NCBI GenBank assembly: GCA_051294375.1
Contig: CM119266.1
Coordinates: 20,810,780 to 20,874,779, forward strand
Direction: 5' to 3'
DNA: 64,000 nucleotides
Origin: Paraspadella gotoi
Taxonomy: Eukaryota; Animalia; Chaetognatha
Below are positions 60,327-64,000 of the stretch, one piece after another; position 1 is the stretch's first letter, and each line of letters begins with the position of its first letter. The position numbers and the translations under genes were made by a program. Below the pieces are notes generated by a model that saw nothing but the letters and a program-made list of their open reading frames with translations, was not told the DNA's origin and ran no database searches.

Positions 60327-61600
60327 AAGAGAGAGAGAGAGAGAGAGCAAGAAAGAAAGAGAGAAACGAAAAGAGGCTGCAGCCCTGGAATCAAGGAGGA
60401 AGAAAAAGAAGAAGAGGAAGAGGGTAGCAGTACTTTTCTAATGGGAGGCGAAAGAGGAAGGAAGAGGAAAGCGAAGAAGACAAAGTAAAGCAAAGAATTT
60501 CGAGAAAGAAGAGGAAGAAATGATGAGGAGAGAGAAAAAGAGATTAGGCTGTTCGAGCGTCATTGTGTTGTCCATCTCCTGCGTTAAACAGCGTTAATGC
60601 GCCGTGACTGGAGTTGAGAAACTGATAAACGATGCAATTATGGCTTCATATATATATAAATTGATATAATATAAAACTAAATAAATTCTAGAAAGTTTTT
60701 AAAAGTCAAATTGAAAGTATTGAAGCCAGCCAGAATTGAAATTGAATAAAAGAATTCATACCTTGTGATAGTATTCGCAACCATTTGTCACCGGCTGCTG
60801 GCCCGTTCTTATATAGCAATAGTTCTTTCTGTTTTTTTATTTGCCTTTGAAATTTTCTTATTTAAAAACTATGTCAATAACAATATTCTCAATAATATAT
60901 TTTACAAGGAAGCAAATCGAACGCAGAAATGTCTTTTTTTTTTAATTGATGTGAACCGTTTGGAGGCAATCGTTATCTTATCTCGAACCAGTTGGGTCTT
61001 TTCAAAAACAAAAGACATGTCAAACAAGTTTAATTTAGATTCAAGTATACAATTCTTTTAGGTTGGCCTATTCATTGTTTTACTACTTTTACAAAGAGAA
61101 AACTTGACTTTTCTTTACTATATTGTCCAATTATATTTTTAACCCATAAATTTGATTATTAATTTTTTTTGTTTTAGATTTTCCCGCTTTTAAATTTTGC
61201 TTTGCTCTTGTACATATCCTTTTGTTTTTTAAATTTGTTTTTTCTTGTGAATATGCGAGATCTGAGATCTAAATCATACGTGGATTGCGACTTTTCTATC
61301 TTTGATATTTTTCTGTTTTTTCCTCAACTATTGGTAAGTTTTAAGAAAGTCTGTTTTAAATATTTTTAGACAACAAGAAATTTTTGGAGGCTCTATTCGA
61401 AAATAATTATAAAAAATCGAATACAATATCGGATTCAAAAATATTTGTAGCATTCTTCCTAAAGAAAGCGATGAGTTTGAAATTGCAGTTTTCCGAAGGA
61501 GGCAAAGTGGATGGACGAATGTTGTTGCATCGGCTTGTCTCTTTCCGAGTTTTTATCTGGAAGAGGGCGACTTCGAGATTGATAATTATAGTCAATCGCC

Positions 61601-61912
61601 TCAGAAAGAACTCGCTCTTTTGTTTTTCTTTCTTTCGCCGCCTTCTTGACGTCGGCGCTTCAGACTAGACGCCTTTCGATTTCCGGCGGATCTCTCAGTC
61701 CCATCGCCGAACGACACGCGCGCCAATCGAAGTTCCTCCTGAAAGAGTTGGCGTTTGCTCAAGAAATTTCCCGCCATTTTGGGGCGCAACGGCGTCTTAT
61801 TGAAGGGGAGGTTGCTGACGGGGGTTCCGCGAGCCGGCGGCGGAGGTGGAACCGTTTCCAGGCTTTCGTCGGTGACGGCGGAGGATTTAGACGATTCCGA
61901 ATACGATTCGCT

Positions 61913-61945
<33 letters not shown>

Positions 61946-64000
61946 TTCCTCATTGGCGACGTTCTTCACCTTTCGAATCACGATTCCCAGCGAAGACTTC
62001 AGCAACGATGACTGCATCTCGACCGGCGACTCGGCGTCGCTAAAGATGGCGTTAAGGACGTTGGCGTCGCCGGTTTTCTCGATGTTGGACTTCGCCGTCT
62101 GATTGATATGTTTCTTCAGTTTCAGACCTGAAACTTTGACGTCGCCTCGCGAATTCGTCGTCTCAATTTCGATTCTTTCTTCTCCTCTATCTTTTCTCGC
62201 TTCCAAAGTCTCGGCGTCGATCGTCTCCGATATTTGAAATCTTTGCATCTCTTGGAACAGCTGGTCGACTCCGGGAGAGGTCACGGCGAAGCCCTCGGCG
62301 TTTTCGTCGTCGACCGTCTCTCGAAGCGGCGTGCTCGTCTTGGAAAAGGTCGTAGCGAAAAAGTCTATCGCCCGTCGAGGGAATCCCGCGCCGACGACGT
62401 CGACGGAGCCGATCGGATCCTCGAAGGTCAACTCGATAAAGTCTTCCGTCGCCAACTGCTCCTCCGCCACGCCTCCTCCTCCTCCGCCCCCGCAGTTAGA
62501 CGTCTCGGAACACCGTCGCGACTTCGTCCGGTTCCCCGCGCTCACGTAGACGATTTCGCCGGTCTCCGTGATGCACGGGATGCTCCTCTGAATTTGCGAC
62601 GGCGCCGTCAACGCCTCCATCTCCAGCGTTTCGTCGAGATCCCCGTCCTTGGATCTTCGCTGACGTCGTCGTCCCTGTTGTCGTCGTCGTCGTCGTCGTG
62701 AGGACTTGTTCGTCAGTTTAGAGAAAGGGACGTTCTTTCTCGCCCGCCACTCGACGAGAGGGAGATGGTTCGCCCCCGTTCCCTTCTTCTCAACTACTTC
62801 GTGCCCCGCCCTCCACGAATCACGATGACGCTTTCTCTCGCTTCTATCGCCGAATCCCTCGACCGAGATGCCGCTGTCCGACTCGGAAATGTTGGCGGCG
62901 TCGAAGATGGCGGTCGCGCCCGATCCGCGCCTCTTATCGACCGCCGTATCCCAACGCCGAGCGACGATGCCATCGGGACGCCGACCGCAGTCCTCGCCGC
63001 CGCCTTTAGAACTCTTCTGTCGTCTCTGGATGACTTCGGCTGCCTTCGCCAAGTAGGATCGACAGAGGTCTTTCTCGCCATAAGTCGTCGGCAGAGACTT
63101 GCAAGTTCTAAAGCTTCTCAGCGGCGGCGGAGGCAGCGGCGGCGGCGGTGGCGCCACCCGCATCTTCTTCTTGGCCCGTTTTTCAGCGTCGTTCGGGCAC
63201 CGCCTCGTCGCGACCTCGCCTCGTTTCAAGATCAGAGGGATTTTGGCGTCGTGGCAAAACCTCATCGTCACTTTCTTGACTGAATTCCGTTGAACTGGAG
63301 TCGTCGTCGTTTTCGTCGTCGATGTCGTCGTCATCGTCGTCGTCATCGTCGTCGCCTGGTTCATCTCTCTCATCCGCGTTTTCACGGGCAGAGCGCACAA
63401 AACGCTCTCGATGTTTTCCATGACGTCCGCAAGAGGCGTCGTATCCTCGTAGGTGAAAGGTGCCACTTTGACGCGCCGATCGGTCGCCGACGGATCGGCG
63501 CATACCGGCGCGGAAAACGAAACGACCAGGCTGTTGTTGTTGTTGTTACTGTTGCTATTGTTGTTCGACTCTACGGTTTGCTGTTGCTGCTGACGAAGGT
63601 GTTGTTTCTCCTTCGCATCGAATTCGTCGAGAAAGTGCTTGTCATCCTTGATGTGGGGCATTGGGCTCACAGCCATGACTGGCTTGGTAAAGTTCGACCA
63701 GACGTTGGAAAGGGTGGTGTCCGTCGTCGTCGTCGTCGACGTCGTCGCAGCAGAACTCGCTGTTGTCGTTGTTGTCGCGGAAATCGTCGTCCTCAACGAT
63801 TCTTCTTCGCATTTCGATTGTTCATCGTAAAACTCGAAATCCTCAAAAATACATTCGTCCTCTTCCGTTTGCTGCTGCTGCTGCTGCTCCTGTGACAGAG
63901 ATGTTAAAATCTTCTCCTGCCGTTGCTGCAGCCGCGTTTGCTCCTTAATTTTTTTACGTTTCCGTCCGAAGGCAGATTCGAAGGCGATTTTCTGCGCGGA
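61601..64000 (-). CDS. Partial large low-complexity protein of unknown function (5' end outside the window)
   Basis: The frame is open from 64000 to the stop at 61601 (800 codons). Codon style is GC-rich like neighbouring genes; no recognisable domain. Confidence 0.7.

Noticed and set aside
62860-62885. beta-TrCP degron in SDSGISVE of the large minus-strand ORF
   Set aside because: Spacing does not match canonical DSGxxS, and the low-complexity context makes a chance match likely.
1-64000. CRISPR arrays or prokaryotic operons
   Set aside because: The sequence is eukaryotic and intron-containing, and no repeat-spacer array was seen.

Overview
Animal (invertebrate-like) genomic DNA with GT-AG introns, AT-rich intergenic sequence and abundant AG/TTTC/GAC microsatellites. 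The main feature is a 15-kb array (1826-17222, + strand) of 26 short coding cassettes. Each begins immediately after an AG splice acceptor in phase 0 and ends in its own stop codon. 23 encode a single divergent homeodomain preceded by a conserved (L/V/I)LSxFGI motif; the last 3 encode a related, longer domain that may be an expanded homeodomain. Most cassettes have no usable ATG, and several are only 15-23 nt apart. This suggests mutually exclusive terminal exons joined to a shared upstream exon (lola/mod(mdg4)-like logic applied to homeodomains), or cistrons given an AUG by trans-splicing. No shared exon was identified in the window. Downstream is a ~9.6-kb inverted/tandem duplication with N gaps (probably an assembly artefact). 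Conventional multi-exon genes follow: naked cuticle (nkd), HGD, an alkaline ceramidase, a stand-alone ORC1/CDC6-type winged-helix gene, an RNF114/138/166-family ligase and a partial low-complexity ORF. Mobile DNA includes a Penelope-like fragment with a hammerhead-like motif, a Tc1/mariner-type MITE, a TRIM and two solo LTRs carrying tRNA-like sequence, and small dispersed repeats. All gene models and family assignments were made by eye from remembered consensus sequences; no database search was run.
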